NCBI GenBank assembly: GCA_963705105.1
Contig: CAVPIW010000012.1
Coordinates: 320,001-384,000 of the forward strand
DNA length: 64,000 nucleotides
Source of the DNA: an uncultured Nitrospiraceae bacterium
GTDB taxonomy: Bacteria > Nitrospirota > Thermodesulfovibrionia > Thermodesulfovibrionales > Dissulfurispiraceae
Direction of reading: 5' to 3'
The notes under the pieces: model-generated
What the model saw: only the letters and a program-made list of their open reading frames with translations
What the model was told of the DNA's origin: nothing
Databases searched by the model: none
Made by a program: the position numbers and the translations under genes
In this document: piece after piece, positions 1-11,273 of the stretch
How the letters are laid out: each line of letters opens with the position of its first letter
How positions within the stretch are numbered: position 1 is the first letter of the stretch

Positions 1-149
1 AGGAGGTTCTCAGGATCGTCCTTAACAAGAAAGAGGGCTCGCTGACGAGGCAAATGATCGTGGGAGGGACCGGCAGGTTGTTCATCTGTCCCGTGTTCCG
101 CGACGGTGAGTACCTTGGATCAATCGGCTCGGTTTTTCTGATCGACTGA
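1..149 (+). CDS. 3' end of a hypothetical protein (partial)
   Basis: Open frame EVLRIVLNKKEGSLTRQ...SVFLID* ending at TGA 147-149. Confidence 0.55.
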   Translation, partial: EVLRIVLNKKEGSLTRQMIVGGTGRLFICPVFRDGEYLGSIGSVFLID

Positions 150-166
150 ACAGACCGTTCCCCTTC

Positions 167-964
167 TCAGTCTTCCTTTCTCAGGAGGACCATGAAAATC
201 GCAAGGAACATTCTGATCATGTAAAAAAAAGGCTTCACTCCGCTGTGCATCGACTTGCCCACGGCCCGCTCCAGCATGCGCACGGGCGCCTCCACGACCC
301 TGAACCGCATCTTGTGCAGGGCCATGATGATATTCACGTCGGGGTAATCGAGGGGGTAGTTGTCCCCCTTTGCGAGATAGGAATAAACCCTCCTGCTGAG
401 CAACTGAAAGCCCGACGTGGGGTCCGTGAAAGCCGTTCCCGTATAGACGCGTGCAATGCGCGAGAAGATGTGGACGCCAAACCGCCGCATGATGCCCATC
501 CTGTAATTTCCTTGGAGAAAACGTGACCCGATGACGACATCGGCTTCTTCCCTGCGCATCGCCTCGACAAGGGAAGCGATGGAATAGGGATCATGCTGTC
601 CGTCTCCGTCAAGGGTGACGACGAAATCATACCCGTAGTCTTCGGCAAACCGGAACCCGGCCTGGATGGCGCCGCCATATCCGATATTGAAGGGAATGTC
701 CAGGACCATGGCCTCCTGTTCACGGGCGACTTTAGAAGTACCGTCCGAGGACCCGTCGTTGACGACGAGGATGTCGGCATCAGGGCTGCTCCTTCTTGCG
801 TCGGTGAGCACCTGACCGAGCGAAATTTCTTCGTTGAAGGCCGGGATGATGATCAGGCAGGGGTTCATGCCCGAATCCCGCGGAAAAGACGGCATGGGGA
901 AAAGAGGAAAGACCGGCGCCGGAAGACGGCTGCTGATGGAAGGATGAGGATCATTAGTACTCAT
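167..964 (-). CDS. Glycosyltransferase family 2 (DPM1-like)
   Basis: IIIPAFNEE, VVNDGSSDGT, TLDGDGQHDP, DVVIGSRF, FTDPTSGF motifs; GGAGAG RBS before ATG 964 (alternative start 868). Confidence 0.9.
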   Translation of the reverse strand: MSTNDPHPSISSRLPAPVFPLFPMPSFPRDSGMNPCLIIIPAFNEEISLGQVLTDARRSSPDADILVVNDGSSDGTSKVAREQEAMVLDIPFNIGYGGAIQAGFRFAEDYGYDFVVTLDGDGQHDPYSIASLVEAMRREEADVVIGSRFLQGNYRMGIMRRFGVHIFSRIARVYTGTAFTDPTSGFQLLSRRVYSYLAKGDNYPLDYPDVNIIMALHKMRFRVVEAPVRMLERAVGKSMHSGVKPFFYMIRMFLAIFMVLLRKED

Positions 965-999
965 TATAGTCTCTCTCCCTGCCCGAGGTAAAGAAATTA

Positions 1000-1210
1000 C
1001 CTTACAGTTGCGTACAAAAGGCGGGACGAAGCGCCTCAAAGCCTTGCTGAAGGCGACGATGAGCCTCGTCAGGTTCGTCATTCAGGATTCCCTCTTCGTG
1101 TCATCGATCATTGGTGTATAGACCGTCTTTCGTTCTGATACAGGAGTCGCCGCAGCAAGGTTTTCGGCGCATACGCCCCGCCTTTCCAAAAAACGTATGC
1201 AACGATAAGG
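1000..1210. mobile_element. ~212-bp MITE-like element, full copy, ATTA target duplication
   Basis: Imperfect ~55-bp terminal inverted repeats (ccttacagttgc...gcaacgataagg); ATTA at 996-999 and 1211-1214. Confidence 0.85.
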
Positions 1211-1295
1211 ATTATGCTAAGCTATGGAATAAAGGGCGGCTCCGGCGGCGATCCGGAGAGGATGAAGGACGTTTTGTCCCCAAGGTGAAAGACGC

Positions 1296-1709
1296 ATGGC
1301 CTACGAGGTGCTCGACATATCCGGCGATGCGGGAATACGCTCCTGCGGTGCAGGCTTCGAAGAGGCCCTGGCGGAAGCCGCCGTCGGCATGTTCAGCCTC
1401 ATCACGGATATCGGTCAGGTCCGGGAGGTGCGCTCCATCGACGTGCACGCGTCGGCCGATACGCCTGAGGCCCTCGTCGTCGGTCTCCTGAACGATATGG
1501 TCTTTCACTTCGACACCTACGGTTTCATCGGCAGGAGAGTCGAGATCATCGACCGGGACCGGTCATCCATCAGGGCGAGGGTTTACGGAGAGGAATTCGA
1601 TGCCGAGAGGCATGAGAGCCGCCTCCTCGTCAAGGCTGCGACATTCCATGACATAAGGGTCGCAGATGCCGGTGACCACTGGGAGATTGAAGTCGTCTTC
1701 GACATTTAG
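1296..1709 (+). CDS. Archease (RtcB activator)
   Basis: [13 protein letters not shown]-terminus, VKAATFH, C-terminal VFDI; directly upstream of rtcB. Confidence 0.92.
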   Translation: MAYEVLDISGDAGIRSCGAGFEEALAEAAVGMFSLITDIGQVREVRSIDVHASADTPEALVVGLLNDMVFHFDTYGFIGRRVEIIDRDRSSIRARVYGEEFDAERHESRLLVKAATFHDIRVADAGDHWEIEVVFDI

Positions 1710-1720
1710 GAGGTGCTGAG

Positions 1721-3166
1721 ATGGCAACGGAGAAATTGAAGAGAATAGACGCCAGCAGACTGGAGGTCCCGAAGGATTACAAGCCCGGCATGAGAACAAG
1801 GGGCATCATCTATGTCGACAGGAAACTGGAAGAGCTGCTCGAAGCCGGGTCGATCGAACAGGTCGCCAATGTGGCGACCCTGCCGGGCATCGTCGGGCCC
1901 TCTCTCGCAATGCCGGACATACACACCGGGTACGGGTTCCCCATCGGCGGCGTTGCCGCCTTCGACCTCGACGAGGGGATCATATCGCCGGGAGGCGTGG
2001 GATACGACATCAATTGAGGAGTGCGGCTCCTCAGGAGCAACCTCACCCGCGACGAGGTTGTTCCGGGATTGAAGGGCCTCGTGGAGGTCCTCTACAACAC
2101 CATTCCGGCGGGAGTCGGATCAAAGGGAAAAATCCGGATCGACAGGGACGTGCAGAGGCGCCTGCTTGTGCGGGGCGCCCGCTGGGCTGTCGAGGAGGGG
2201 TACGGGTCGCCGGCGGACCTTGACCATACGGAATCGGGCGGCTGTATCGACGGCGCCGACCCGGACGTTGTGAGCGAAAAGGCCTATGAAAGGGGAAGGG
2301 CGCAACAGGGCACTCTCGGGTCGGGGAACCACTTCCTCGAAGTCCAGTATGTCGATGAGATATACGATGAGAAGGCCGCCGATGCCCTCGGGCTGTTTAT
2401 CAACGGTGTGACGGTCATGATCCACTCCGGTTCCCGCGGTTTCGGCCACCAGGTCTGCACCGATTTCCTGGAGGTCATGGAAAGGTCTGTCAGCAAATAC
2501 GGATTCGACCTTCCCGACCGTGAGCTCGCCTGCGCTCCATTCCGGAGCAAAGAGGCTCAGAGCTATCTTGCCGCAATGAGGGCGGCGGCCAATTATGCCT
2601 GGGCGAACAGGCAGTGCCTCATGCACTGGACGAGGGAAGCCCTCATGACCTTCTATAGCCGGTCCCCACGGGATCTCGGCATGCACCTCGTCTATGATGT
2701 GGCGCACAATATCGCGAAAGTTGAGGACCACATCGTCGAAGGGAAAAAGCGCAGTCTGATCGTCCATCGAAAGGGCAGCACCCGTGCATTTCCGCCCGGT
2801 CACCCGGAGCTGCCCGATGCTTACCGGAACACGGGACAGCCGGTCCTTATCCCCGGTGACATGGGCAGGGCTTCTTTCGTCCTCCTCGGCACAGGCCGGG
2901 CGATGGAGGAAACGTTCGGCTCCACCTGCCACGGCGCAGGCAGGGTGATGTCGCGCAACCAGGCGATCAGGCAGGCGAAGGGACGGGCCATCTGGCGTGA
3001 AATGGAGGACAGGGGCATCATCGTGAGGGCCGCGGGCCGGGGCATCCTGGCGGAAGAAATGTCCGAGGCATATAAGGACATCTCCGATGTCGTCGACGTC
3101 GTACACAATGCGGGCATATCGACGAAAGTGGCGAGACTGAGGCCGCTGGGTGTCGTCAAGGGATGA
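1721..3166 (+). CDS. rtcB: RNA ligase RtcB, 481 aa, with in-frame TGA (probable selenocysteine) at codon 99
   Basis: ORFs 1721-2017 and 2021-3166 are in the same frame; [52 protein letters not shown] motifs intact. Confidence 0.93.
2034..2064 (+). promoter_or_regulatory. Candidate bacterial SECIS hairpin
   Basis: GGAGCAACCTC / GAGGTTGTTCC 11-bp stem (one G-U) with 9-nt loop; loop begins 27 nt after the TGA. Confidence 0.55.
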
Positions 3167-3993
3167 GAGACAGGCTGCGGATCGGGAAAATTCCCTATCT
3201 CAATCTTTTCCCCGTCTTTCGCGTGCTTCAGCGGGACTGCGACTGCTCCGCCTACGATTTTATCGAGGGTGTGCCGTCGCAGGTCAACAGGATGCTGAGG
3301 TCGGGTGAGATCGACGTGAGTCCTTCGTCATCCATTGAGTACCTGCGCAACCCCTCCCTGTACGAGATCGTCGAAGGCCATTCGATCAGCTCGAAAGGCC
3401 CGATCGGCAGCATCCTCCTTTTCAGTCGGCGGGACATCGCCGATCTGGGAGGCGTGAACATCACCGTCACCGCTCAGTCGGAGACGTCGATCGGCCTGCT
3501 CGCCGTCGTGCTGACTCAATTTTTCGGAATTGAACCGCCTCTGGAGATTTCTCAAAGACCGGAACGGTCCGATGCCGATGCATTCCTCCTCATCGGAGAC
3601 GACGCCCTCAGACAGAGGCGCATGATTGCGGACACGGGGGAGACGGGGGAGCGGTCCTGCCGGGGGTTGAAGGTCTATGACCTGGGAGAGATATGGTTCG
3701 AACGGACGGGTCTGCCTTTTGTCTTTGCCCTCTGGATCGCCCGGAGGGATGTGACCCGGGAAACGGGACCTGTCCGTGACCTCTATGAAAGATTTCTGGC
3801 GGACATGGAAAGGGTGGGCAGAACAGCCCCCGGTGAATTCGGGTCCCTTGCCGCGGAAGCCCCGCTCAGGGAACATATGGAAGAGTCGGAGATCGTCTCG
3901 TACTGGCGGCAGATCGACTACGGGCTCACCGATGAAAGCAGAAAGGGCCTCAGGCTCTTCAAGGAGTTCCTGGACAGGATCGGGTACCTTTGA
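3163..3993 (+). CDS. mqnA: Chorismate dehydratase MqnA (futalosine menaquinone pathway)
   Basis: IGKIPYLNLFP, LLIGDDAL, YDLGEIW..TGLPFVFALW motifs; ATGA overlap with the rtcB stop. Confidence 0.88.
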   Translation: MRDRLRIGKIPYLNLFPVFRVLQRDCDCSAYDFIEGVPSQVNRMLRSGEIDVSPSSSIEYLRNPSLYEIVEGHSISSKGPIGSILLFSRRDIADLGGVNITVTAQSETSIGLLAVVLTQFFGIEPPLEISQRPERSDADAFLLIGDDALRQRRMIADTGETGERSCRGLKVYDLGEIWFERTGLPFVFALWIARRDVTRETGPVRDLYERFLADMERVGRTAPGEFGSLAAEAPLREHMEESEIVSYWRQIDYGLTDESRKGLRLFKEFLDRIGYL

Positions 3994-4029
3994 GTCAGTG
4001 TCAGTGACAGGAACACGTCTTTCTAACCT

Positions 4030-5107
4030 TTAATTTCTCCTTTCAGCGGTCTCCATGCCGGCGACAGCCTGGGCTGACTGTATGGGGTTGACGGCGATCG
4101 CATCGCGCGCTTTCTGCGCAATCAGGGCATGCATTTGCGTCGTGGGATGCTGGTCGTCCCAGAAGATGGAGCCGCCTGCGTCGAAACCACCGGGAAGAGC
4201 GCTGCAATCGGGGACTCCGAAAAAGACGAGGCAGCCCGACGCCGGGCCCGGCGTCGTGAGTGTGTTTGTAAAACCGAAGACCAGGGGATTCGCCGAGATC
4301 TGCTTCAGCAGAGAATAAATATCGGGATAGTAAATAAACATGTCGGTATTGGCCGACACGAGCTGATTGACAGCCTGGCCCAGCATGAAATTGTGTGCAA
4401 GGGTCAGCTCGGTCATGGCGGCGCCGATGCCGGGACTGGTTGAGTCTATCGCTGCGACGAGCGGTGTTTCGCCCAGATCGGGCAGGTTGATCACCACAAA
4501 ATGACGGGCTCCCATGGAGTAGAGACTCTGGATAGCGCTGACGATGTTTCCGACCGTCACGGCAGGGTTCGGAGGAACGGGAATGCCGGCGGAAATGCCG
4601 GACTGCACGTAGTCGTTTGCACCGGACCACACGACATACAGTGCCGCGGGGATCGGCCACACCATTTGTCATTGCGGCAAAGTCCGACACCTGTCCCAAG
4701 AGGCCCCGCACCGTAATCACGTTGTTCGGAGTCGAGTTGGCGACGCCGGTACCGGCTGAACCATAGGCGAATGAGACACCCTCCTTCTTCGCAGGATCGA
4801 GCGACGGATCGAGGGATGGGCGGATGACGGGAATTCCCATGTCGGCAGCGAGGTATTCCGTCCAGACGGAGCCGTTGCTGAAGCGTCCGGAAAAATAGCG
4901 TGTTTCCGGCGGCATGGGGTACCCTGTCTCATTCAGGCTCTTGGTCAGGTCGTTTCCGATATCGGAGAGGCTGTCGCCGAAAACGATGACCCTGCTGAAG
5001 CCCTGCTGCTGCGGTTTTTTTTCCGAATCTCCGCCGCCTCCGCCTCCGCATGCCGTGAGAAAAGGCAGCAGGAAAATAACAAACAGGATAACGACAGAGG
5101 AACGCAT
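4030..5107 (-). CDS. SGNH/GDSL hydrolase lipoprotein (+1 frameshift near 4648-4651)
   Basis: GGAGG RBS, lipobox FLTAC, FGDSLSD block I, GRFSNG, GAND, FWDDQHPT; removing one G from the 4648-4651 run joins the halves. Confidence 0.82.
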
Positions 5108-5175
5108 CAGTTGCCTCCCGTCGGACCGGGTGACACTCCTCCCGTCTCCCCCTTCATCAAACTCACGCAGTGTGT

Positions 5176-8100
5176 TCATTTTTTGTTTGCTCCCGCTTGA
5201 ATTTATTTCATTTTCCAGGTATGTGCAGACCCGGGCACGTTCATCTTCGATCGCTTCGACGAGTGCTGCCGCCGGATCCAGATTTCCCGCTCTTCCGGCA
5301 GACTCGAGTCTTGCGCAGAGGTCTGCCAGTATGATCGCGCCGAGGCTGGCACTGGCCGATTTCAGGCTGTGGGCGGTCCGGTGGAGCATTTCGGCATCTC
5401 CCTTTGAGAGACCCTCCTTCAATTTCCTCAGGAGGTCGTCGGAACTGCTGAGATACAACGAAATAATCCTGACAAGGACATCGGACGACCTCTTCGATGC
5501 CAGCGCAGCGATGCTGTCGAGCTTTTTCCGGTCCACAGGGGGCGGGGCGCCGGGTACTGCTTTCTTCCCGTTTTCGTTCCCGGTCACATCTGCAGAACAG
5601 AGACCGGATGCAGGACTTCCTCTCTCCTCGCCGGAAGCTTTCGTTGATCTTGCAGGAAGCCATTTTCTCAGCATGCCGCAGAGGTCCTGCTGGGTAAAGG
5701 GCTTGGTCAGGTAGTCATCCATGCCCGTCATGATGCATTTCTCCCTGTCTCCCTTCATCGCGTGGGCCGTGAGCGCGATGATGGGAAGGCGCCGGGCCGT
5801 GACGTTTTGACCGGGTCCGGCGATAGCGCGGGCGTGCTCCTTCTCCCGTATCTTCCTCGTCGCTTCGTAGCCGTCCATGCCCGGCATCTGGCAGTCCATG
5901 AGCACAAGATCGTAGGGGGAACTGAAAACGGCCTCCAGTGCATCCCCTCCGCCGGCCACGACATCGACGTGGCAGCCAAGATTGCCGAGCATGGCCCTGA
6001 CGACCTCCTGATTCACCTCATTATCCTCTGCAAGGAGGATATTTCCGTGCAGATGCGCGGTATGCCCGTTCCCCTCCCGCGTCCCGGTGATGGAGGTGCA
6101 CAGGATGGCACCGCTCTTCATTGACGACAGGAGATGCCCGGCAAGTGCCGAAAGACGCACCGGTTTGGCAATAGCAAGGAAGTGCCCTGTCTCTATGGCC
6201 TCCTGGATAGCGGCATCGGGGGCGAGTGGGGAGAGAAGGACGAGATTGACGCCGGCTATCCCGTTGTCCTTCCTGATTGTCTCGGCAATTCTCACCTTCT
6301 CGGCGAGCAACCGCCGGCTGTCGAAAATCACCGCATGATAGGGCTGGCCGTTCCGTTCGGCAGCCTTGAGCAGCGACACGGCCTGTGTTGCGTCATCGAC
6401 GGTGTCAGGCTGCACCCCCCATCCGTTGAGATAGTATCTGATGACGGAGCAGTTCACGCTCCCGTCGTCGACGATGATGAGACGAAGATCAGCTGTTGGT
6501 AACGGCGCTGACTTGTCGACGCGGTCCGAAGCCGTCCTGCCGAGGGACGACGTGAACCAGAAGGTCGATCCGGTTCCCCGCCCGCTCTCGACTCCTATCT
6601 GGCCGCCCATCATCTCGGCGAGCTGCTTTGCTATGGCGAGCCCGAGGCCGGTTCCCCCATAGCGGCGGCTGACGGAGCCGTCGACCTGGGAAAAGACTTC
6701 GAACACCCTTTCCCGAGCCTCGGGCCTGATGCCGATGCCTGTGTCGGAAACCTCGAAACGGAGGACAATGGAATCCTTGTCCTCCTTGATATTCAGGACC
6801 CGGATGTTCACCTCTCCCTGGTCGGTGAATTTCACGGCATTTCCCACAAGATTGAAGAGGATTTGGCGAATCCTCACGGGATCTCCGCTCATTGTCCGGG
6901 GCACTTCATGAGAAATGCGGCATGCCAGCTCGATTCCCTTGCTGTGGGCCTTCACGGCAAGGGTCTCCGCCACTTCTTCGACCATAGTGATGACGTCGAA
7001 ATCGACCGTCTCCAGTTCGAGCTTGCCTGCTTCGATCTTCGAGAAATCGAGAATGTCATTGATGAGATGAAGAAGGTTTTCTCCGCTCAGTCGCACGTTT
7101 TCGGCATACCTGAATTGGATGTCTGACAGTTGCGTGTTGATGAGCAGTTCCGTCATTCCCATGACGCCGTTGAGGGGGGTCCGGATTTCATGGCTCATGT
7201 TGGCGAGGAACTGGGACTTGGCCTGGTTGGCGGCCTCCGCGGCGTCCTTTGCCCGTTTCAGCTCCTCTTCCATGAATTTCCGCTCCGTGATGTCGACGAA
7301 ACTCTCCAGGAGGGCGGGGCGCCCGTGGAGAGTCAGAGGGACGACGCTCTTGATGACGGGGATTTTCTTGCCCGTCATGTCGAAGAGGATCTTCTCCGAA
7401 TTGTCGATCTCCTGGTCGAGGTCCGTAATCGGGCACCGTCCCCACTCGGCAGGACAGATGTATTCATGGCAGCCGGCGCCGATGATCTCCTCGGGCTTTG
7501 CGCCGATGAGTCCGCAGGCCACGTGGTTGGCGTAGAGTATCGTATGGGATTCGGCATCGATGACGACGATGCCTGTCTGGACTGACTGGAGGATCGTCTT
7601 CAGATAGACTTCGCTCTCTTTGAGCTCCTCGGCGGCCCTCTTGTGTTCCGTGACGCGCATGAAGACATGGAGGGCGCCCTCGACGATCTCCCTGTCCTTC
7701 TCCTCGAAGGGGTGGTGGAAGTGCCTGTCTTCCGTCCTGTTGCCGAAAAGAAGCCCGATCCGCATCTCCGGGTTGAAAGACCAGAGAAAGAAGGGCACAC
7801 CGCTGATCTGTTTCAACGTCTCGGTCAGCGGGTCCGGGGAGCTGCGGGAATTGGCGAAATGGAACTCTTTCAGCGACTGGGGATCGATGTGGAAGGACTT
7901 TTTGTCGCTGATGCCTCCCAGCAATTCACGAACGGTGAGTCTCTGCGACTGATATGAATAATCGAGGACCATGGCCGTATCGACATGAACGGTGTCGAGC
8001 GCTATTTTGAGGAATTTCCTGGTGATCTCGCCGAGAGGGATCTCCATGCTGCCGAGGGGATAGGCCTCACGGATAAGCCTCGCCACAACGGCGCTCCGCC

Positions 8101-8209
8101 GGGCCTCCCTTCGGGCTTTCGTCTGCTCCTCGAGGAGGTGCACCAGCCGTGCGCCCAGATCATTGCACTGCTGGCGATAGAAATCCCTCTCGCGTTCAAT
8201 ATCAGCCAT
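5176..8209 (-). CDS. Hybrid sensor histidine kinase (GAF-like, PAS/PAC, HisKA, HATPase, 2 REC, Hpt)
   Basis: FLANMSHEIRTPLNG, NLVGNAVKFT, DTGIGI, GGTGLGLAI, LMDCQMP, AHSLKSASA; stop inferred at 5176-5178 if the T6 run at 5179-5184 is T5. Confidence 0.88.
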
Positions 8210-8217
8210 TGTTCGTC

Positions 8218-9417
8218 TTACCCGGAAGTCGTCAGTATGCTTAACACACCCGTCCAGTCAAGGGGTCTGCTCATGCCGAGGAGCGGTGCGATTTCAACGC
8301 CGGAATAAAATCCGATCATCGGGATTTTGTCGCCCATGGCGGCCTGCACAAGGCTCGCCTCCTCGGTGTCGGCGCCGCTGAAGGCGCAGCTCCGCCCCGC
8401 GCAGTCAATGTAGAGGGCCATTAAGGGCTTGCGCGTCCCGAGGGAGGAAAGGAGGCCGGCGGTCCTTCTGCGCACGGACTCGAGCATGGTCATGTTGTCC
8501 CTGGACATGACCTGCACCTTGGCCCCAACCTCGAAATCGGCCTCGAAGAGGACGACGGAGCCGTCATTGGGGTTGCCGCTGATGATAAGGCGGTTGATAT
8601 AGGCGGACTCGTCATAGGGAGCAAAGGGATCGCCGTACTTCTGCCCCAGCGTGACGGTGAGTGACGGCTGATCGGCGCTGAGGCTGCTTCCTATTATGTT
8701 CCGGATGACATCGAGGGCTGGTTTTCCGTCCAGTTCATAGACGATCGGCCCTTCGATGCGGGTGATCTCGAGGAAGGAGCTGACGGGGATGCAGCCGTGC
8801 ATGATCGTCGTGTGACATTCCAGGGAAGAGGGCAGTATGGCTGCAACGGCGCTGTGTTTGGCCCGGCCTTTCCCCGTGAAGATATAACTGTCCATCATCT
8901 GGAAGTTGGCAACCGTCCCTGCCCCGACGAGTTCGACGTTTCTCCCGTCAAGCCCCCTGTAGATGCCGTCGATGAGCCTGCTGCCCACATGGAGGACGGG
9001 GGGAGGACTGGACTGGATGGAATCGTAGAAGATGATGGCCGTGGCCTTGCCGTCTCCGTTGACGCTCTCCCTCAGTCTGTTGCCGAGTTCCCGGCCGGCC
9101 TCGAGGGTTCCCCTGTCCAGGCCTTCCACGGTGATGAATTGGGGTTTTTCCATGGACGACGGCAACACCGCAACGGCGCATTCGAATCCCGTATAGCCGA
9201 GAATCTGGTTTGTCACCGTTCCGATGGCTGCGCCGCCCACGATTTCCACATCGCCAAGCTCGGAACGCAGCCCTTCGAGGACCTTATCGGGATCGTGGTG
9301 ACCTCCGCAGAACGCTATGGCCCACCCGGGAGCGGCGCCGCCCGATTTTTCGAGGGCCATCTGCGCCGCTGACCGGCCCGCCTCGACCGACTCGACATGT
9401 TGACTAACACCCACCAT
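8218..9417 (-). CDS. FIST N/C-domain sensor protein (NosP-like)
   Basis: HGCIP...ITRIEG..VYELDGKPAL, IDCAGR, IGFYSGVEIAP motifs; AGGAGG RBS; 8 nt before the kinase. Confidence 0.88.
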   Translation of the reverse strand: MVGVSQHVESVEAGRSAAQMALEKSGGAAPGWAIAFCGGHHDPDKVLEGLRSELGDVEIVGGAAIGTVTNQILGYTGFECAVAVLPSSMEKPQFITVEGLDRGTLEAGRELGNRLRESVNGDGKATAIIFYDSIQSSPPPVLHVGSRLIDGIYRGLDGRNVELVGAGTVANFQMMDSYIFTGKGRAKHSAVAAILPSSLECHTTIMHGCIPVSSFLEITRIEGPIVYELDGKPALDVIRNIIGSSLSADQPSLTVTLGQKYGDPFAPYDESAYINRLIISGNPNDGSVVLFEADFEVGAKVQVMSRDNMTMLESVRRRTAGLLSSLGTRKPLMALYIDCAGRSCAFSGADTEEASLVQAAMGDKIPMIGFYSGVEIAPLLGMSRPLDWTGVLSILTTSG

Positions 9418-9448
9418 AGTATGTCTCCTCCTTGTATTTCCGATCAGA

Positions 9449-11248
9449 TCATTGTTTGTTGGTTATCGATGCACAAGCCTCGGGGGCCTCAGAAAAGGGC
9501 GGCATTGGGTGCTGACCCTGGTTTCTTGAAATCTCCATGCTGCTCCTGTTGACCCTGTCAATGATGCCCCTCGTGTAGGTCACACTGCCTGAGAAAATAT
9601 CGATGAGTGAATTTCTCTTGAACTCCATGAGGTCCTTCTTCGAAACGACACCGATCGCATCGGCCATCATCAGGTACTCGTCGGCGATTTCAGTGGGAAT
9701 CCCCAGAGAGGCGATTTTCCGCCTGAGCCTTCCCGTCTCGGCGACGATCTTCTCCATCGGCTGCCCCTCAAGGGCGATGTCGAGTTTGGGCCAGAGTTCG
9801 GGAGGCTTGTACATGGCGTATTCATAGCGCATCAGGTTGCTGACGAAGTCATGACCGATGTTGAAATGGAAGTGCTGCGAGTCCTCAAACCACGCTGTTT
9901 CCGGAAAGGCGCCGGGCGGATTGACCACGACGGTGTCAGGCTGCGTCTGCACGACCATTGCAACGTTGGCCTCGAACACGTCCTCGAGGCTGACACCGTC
10001 AGGGAGAGGACAGGGATAGATCATCGCCAGTCCCACCTTGCACCGTTCGCCCACCGCCGCCGCCGCCCTCCTGATGGCGCCGATGGTATCGGCAATATCC
10101 TGTCTCGTGACTCCCTTGTTCATGACACTCCTGTTCACGAGGTCGTGCCCCGTCTCTCCCCCGATGAACACCGCCCGGAGTCCGGCCCGGATCATCGTCT
10201 GATAGGCCTCGAAGCGCGCCGCAGTGACCGCCGAGGCCCTGGTGAACATGGAGTACCGCACCGTCAGCCCCTGGTCGAGGATCGCCTGGGCGATCTTCCT
10301 CCCGTGGGCAAGGGGTGAATCGGAGCTGCTGAAACGGAAGAACGAGATGCCTTTTTCGACCATCTCCCTTATTTCCGCGATCACCTGCTCCACCGGCCGG
10401 GGCCTGTAATGGGAATAGAGACGGGAGCTCGTACAGAAATGACATTTATTCCACGTGCACCCGAAGCCGTCGACGATGGTGTGAAAGAGGATCTTGCCTT
10501 TCAGGTCTTCGTCCCTGTAACGCGGCGTCGTGACATTACCCTTCGGGGGGTCAAGCCGTGAACCCCTGACAAGGGGGCCGTCTTTCGAGAGCAGGGGAGA
10601 TCCGCTGTTGTCCGATACCACCCTGCCGAGAAATTCCGCTTTTCCCTTCGTCTGCCGTCTCAGCAACAGGAGCCGTTCGATCACCTCTTCTCCGGGGCCC
10701 ATCACCGCGATGTCGAAGGCGCCCTCTGCTGTGACCCTGTCACGGTACACGGTGACCTGCGGACCGCCCGCGATTACAACCGTTTCAGGACTTGCCTCCC
10801 TGATCCGTGACGCAAGGAGACTGCTCCATCGAAAAGAATCGCCGTACCACACCTTGATGCCCACGAAGGGGACAGCGTCCCTCCTGATCCGGCGAACGAT
10901 TTCATCGACCAGATTGTCCATGTATTTCTTTCTTTTCCCCATGGCATAGGACTGGAAAGGCCATGCGGCAAGCATACAGGAAAGGGCGGTCCCTTTGCTG
11001 TCCGCCGAATAGGCCGCCATCTGGCGGCTGACAAGGCTCCTGAGGATGGTGAAACACCATTGCGGCACGCCGTCTTCCAGCGAGTCGATGCGGAGGGGAT
11101 CGATGACATCGATGCCGAAGCCCCTGTCTTCGAGATAGGTCCGGAGGATGGCAAGGCTGTTTTCCAGGGCCGTATCCGACAGGGACCTCGCCCGTGGTGC
11201 GAGGCTGTTGACGAGGAGCAGGTCAGCGGGCTTGTTCTTTCTGTTCAT
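9449..11248 (-). CDS. B12-binding-domain radical SAM protein
   Basis: CTWNKCHFC (CxxxCxxC), VIAGGPQVT, GPGEE, FIGGETG. Confidence 0.88.
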   Translation of the reverse strand: MNRKNKPADLLLVNSLAPRARSLSDTALENSLAILRTYLEDRGFGIDVIDPLRIDSLEDGVPQWCFTILRSLVSRQMAAYSADSKGTALSCMLAAWPFQSYAMGKRKKYMDNLVDEIVRRIRRDAVPFVGIKVWYGDSFRWSSLLASRIREASPETVVIAGGPQVTVYRDRVTAEGAFDIAVMGPGEEVIERLLLLRRQTKGKAEFLGRVVSDNSGSPLLSKDGPLVRGSRLDPPKGNVTTPRYRDEDLKGKILFHTIVDGFGCTWNKCHFCTSSRLYSHYRPRPVEQVIAEIREMVEKGISFFRFSSSDSPLAHGRKIAQAILDQGLTVRYSMFTRASAVTAARFEAYQTMIRAGLRAVFIGGETGHDLVNRSVMNKGVTRQDIADTIGAIRRAAAAVGERCKVGLAMIYPCPLPDGVSLEDVFEANVAMVVQTQPDTVVVNPPGAFPETAWFEDSQHFHFNIGHDFVSNLMRYEYAMYKPPELWPKLDIALEGQPMEKIVAETGRLRRKIASLGIPTEIADEYLMMADAIGVVSKKDLMEFKRNSLIDIFSGSVTYTRGIIDRVNRSSMEISRNQGQHPMPPFSEAPEACASITNKQ

Positions 11249-11273
11249 GAATAAAGGATCTCCTGTGCTTCCG

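Noticed and set aside
1721..3166. rtcB as a pseudogene, split gene or intron/intein-containing gene
   Set aside because: No inserted sequence or frameshift, full-length protein, and the stop falls exactly on the catalytic Cys; recoding is more parsimonious.
4043..8209. 1388-aa histidine kinase-lipase fusion ORF
   Set aside because: The lipase part has its own GGAGG RBS and lipoprotein signal at 5107, and one base fewer in the T6 run at 5179-5184 restores a stop; most likely an artefact.
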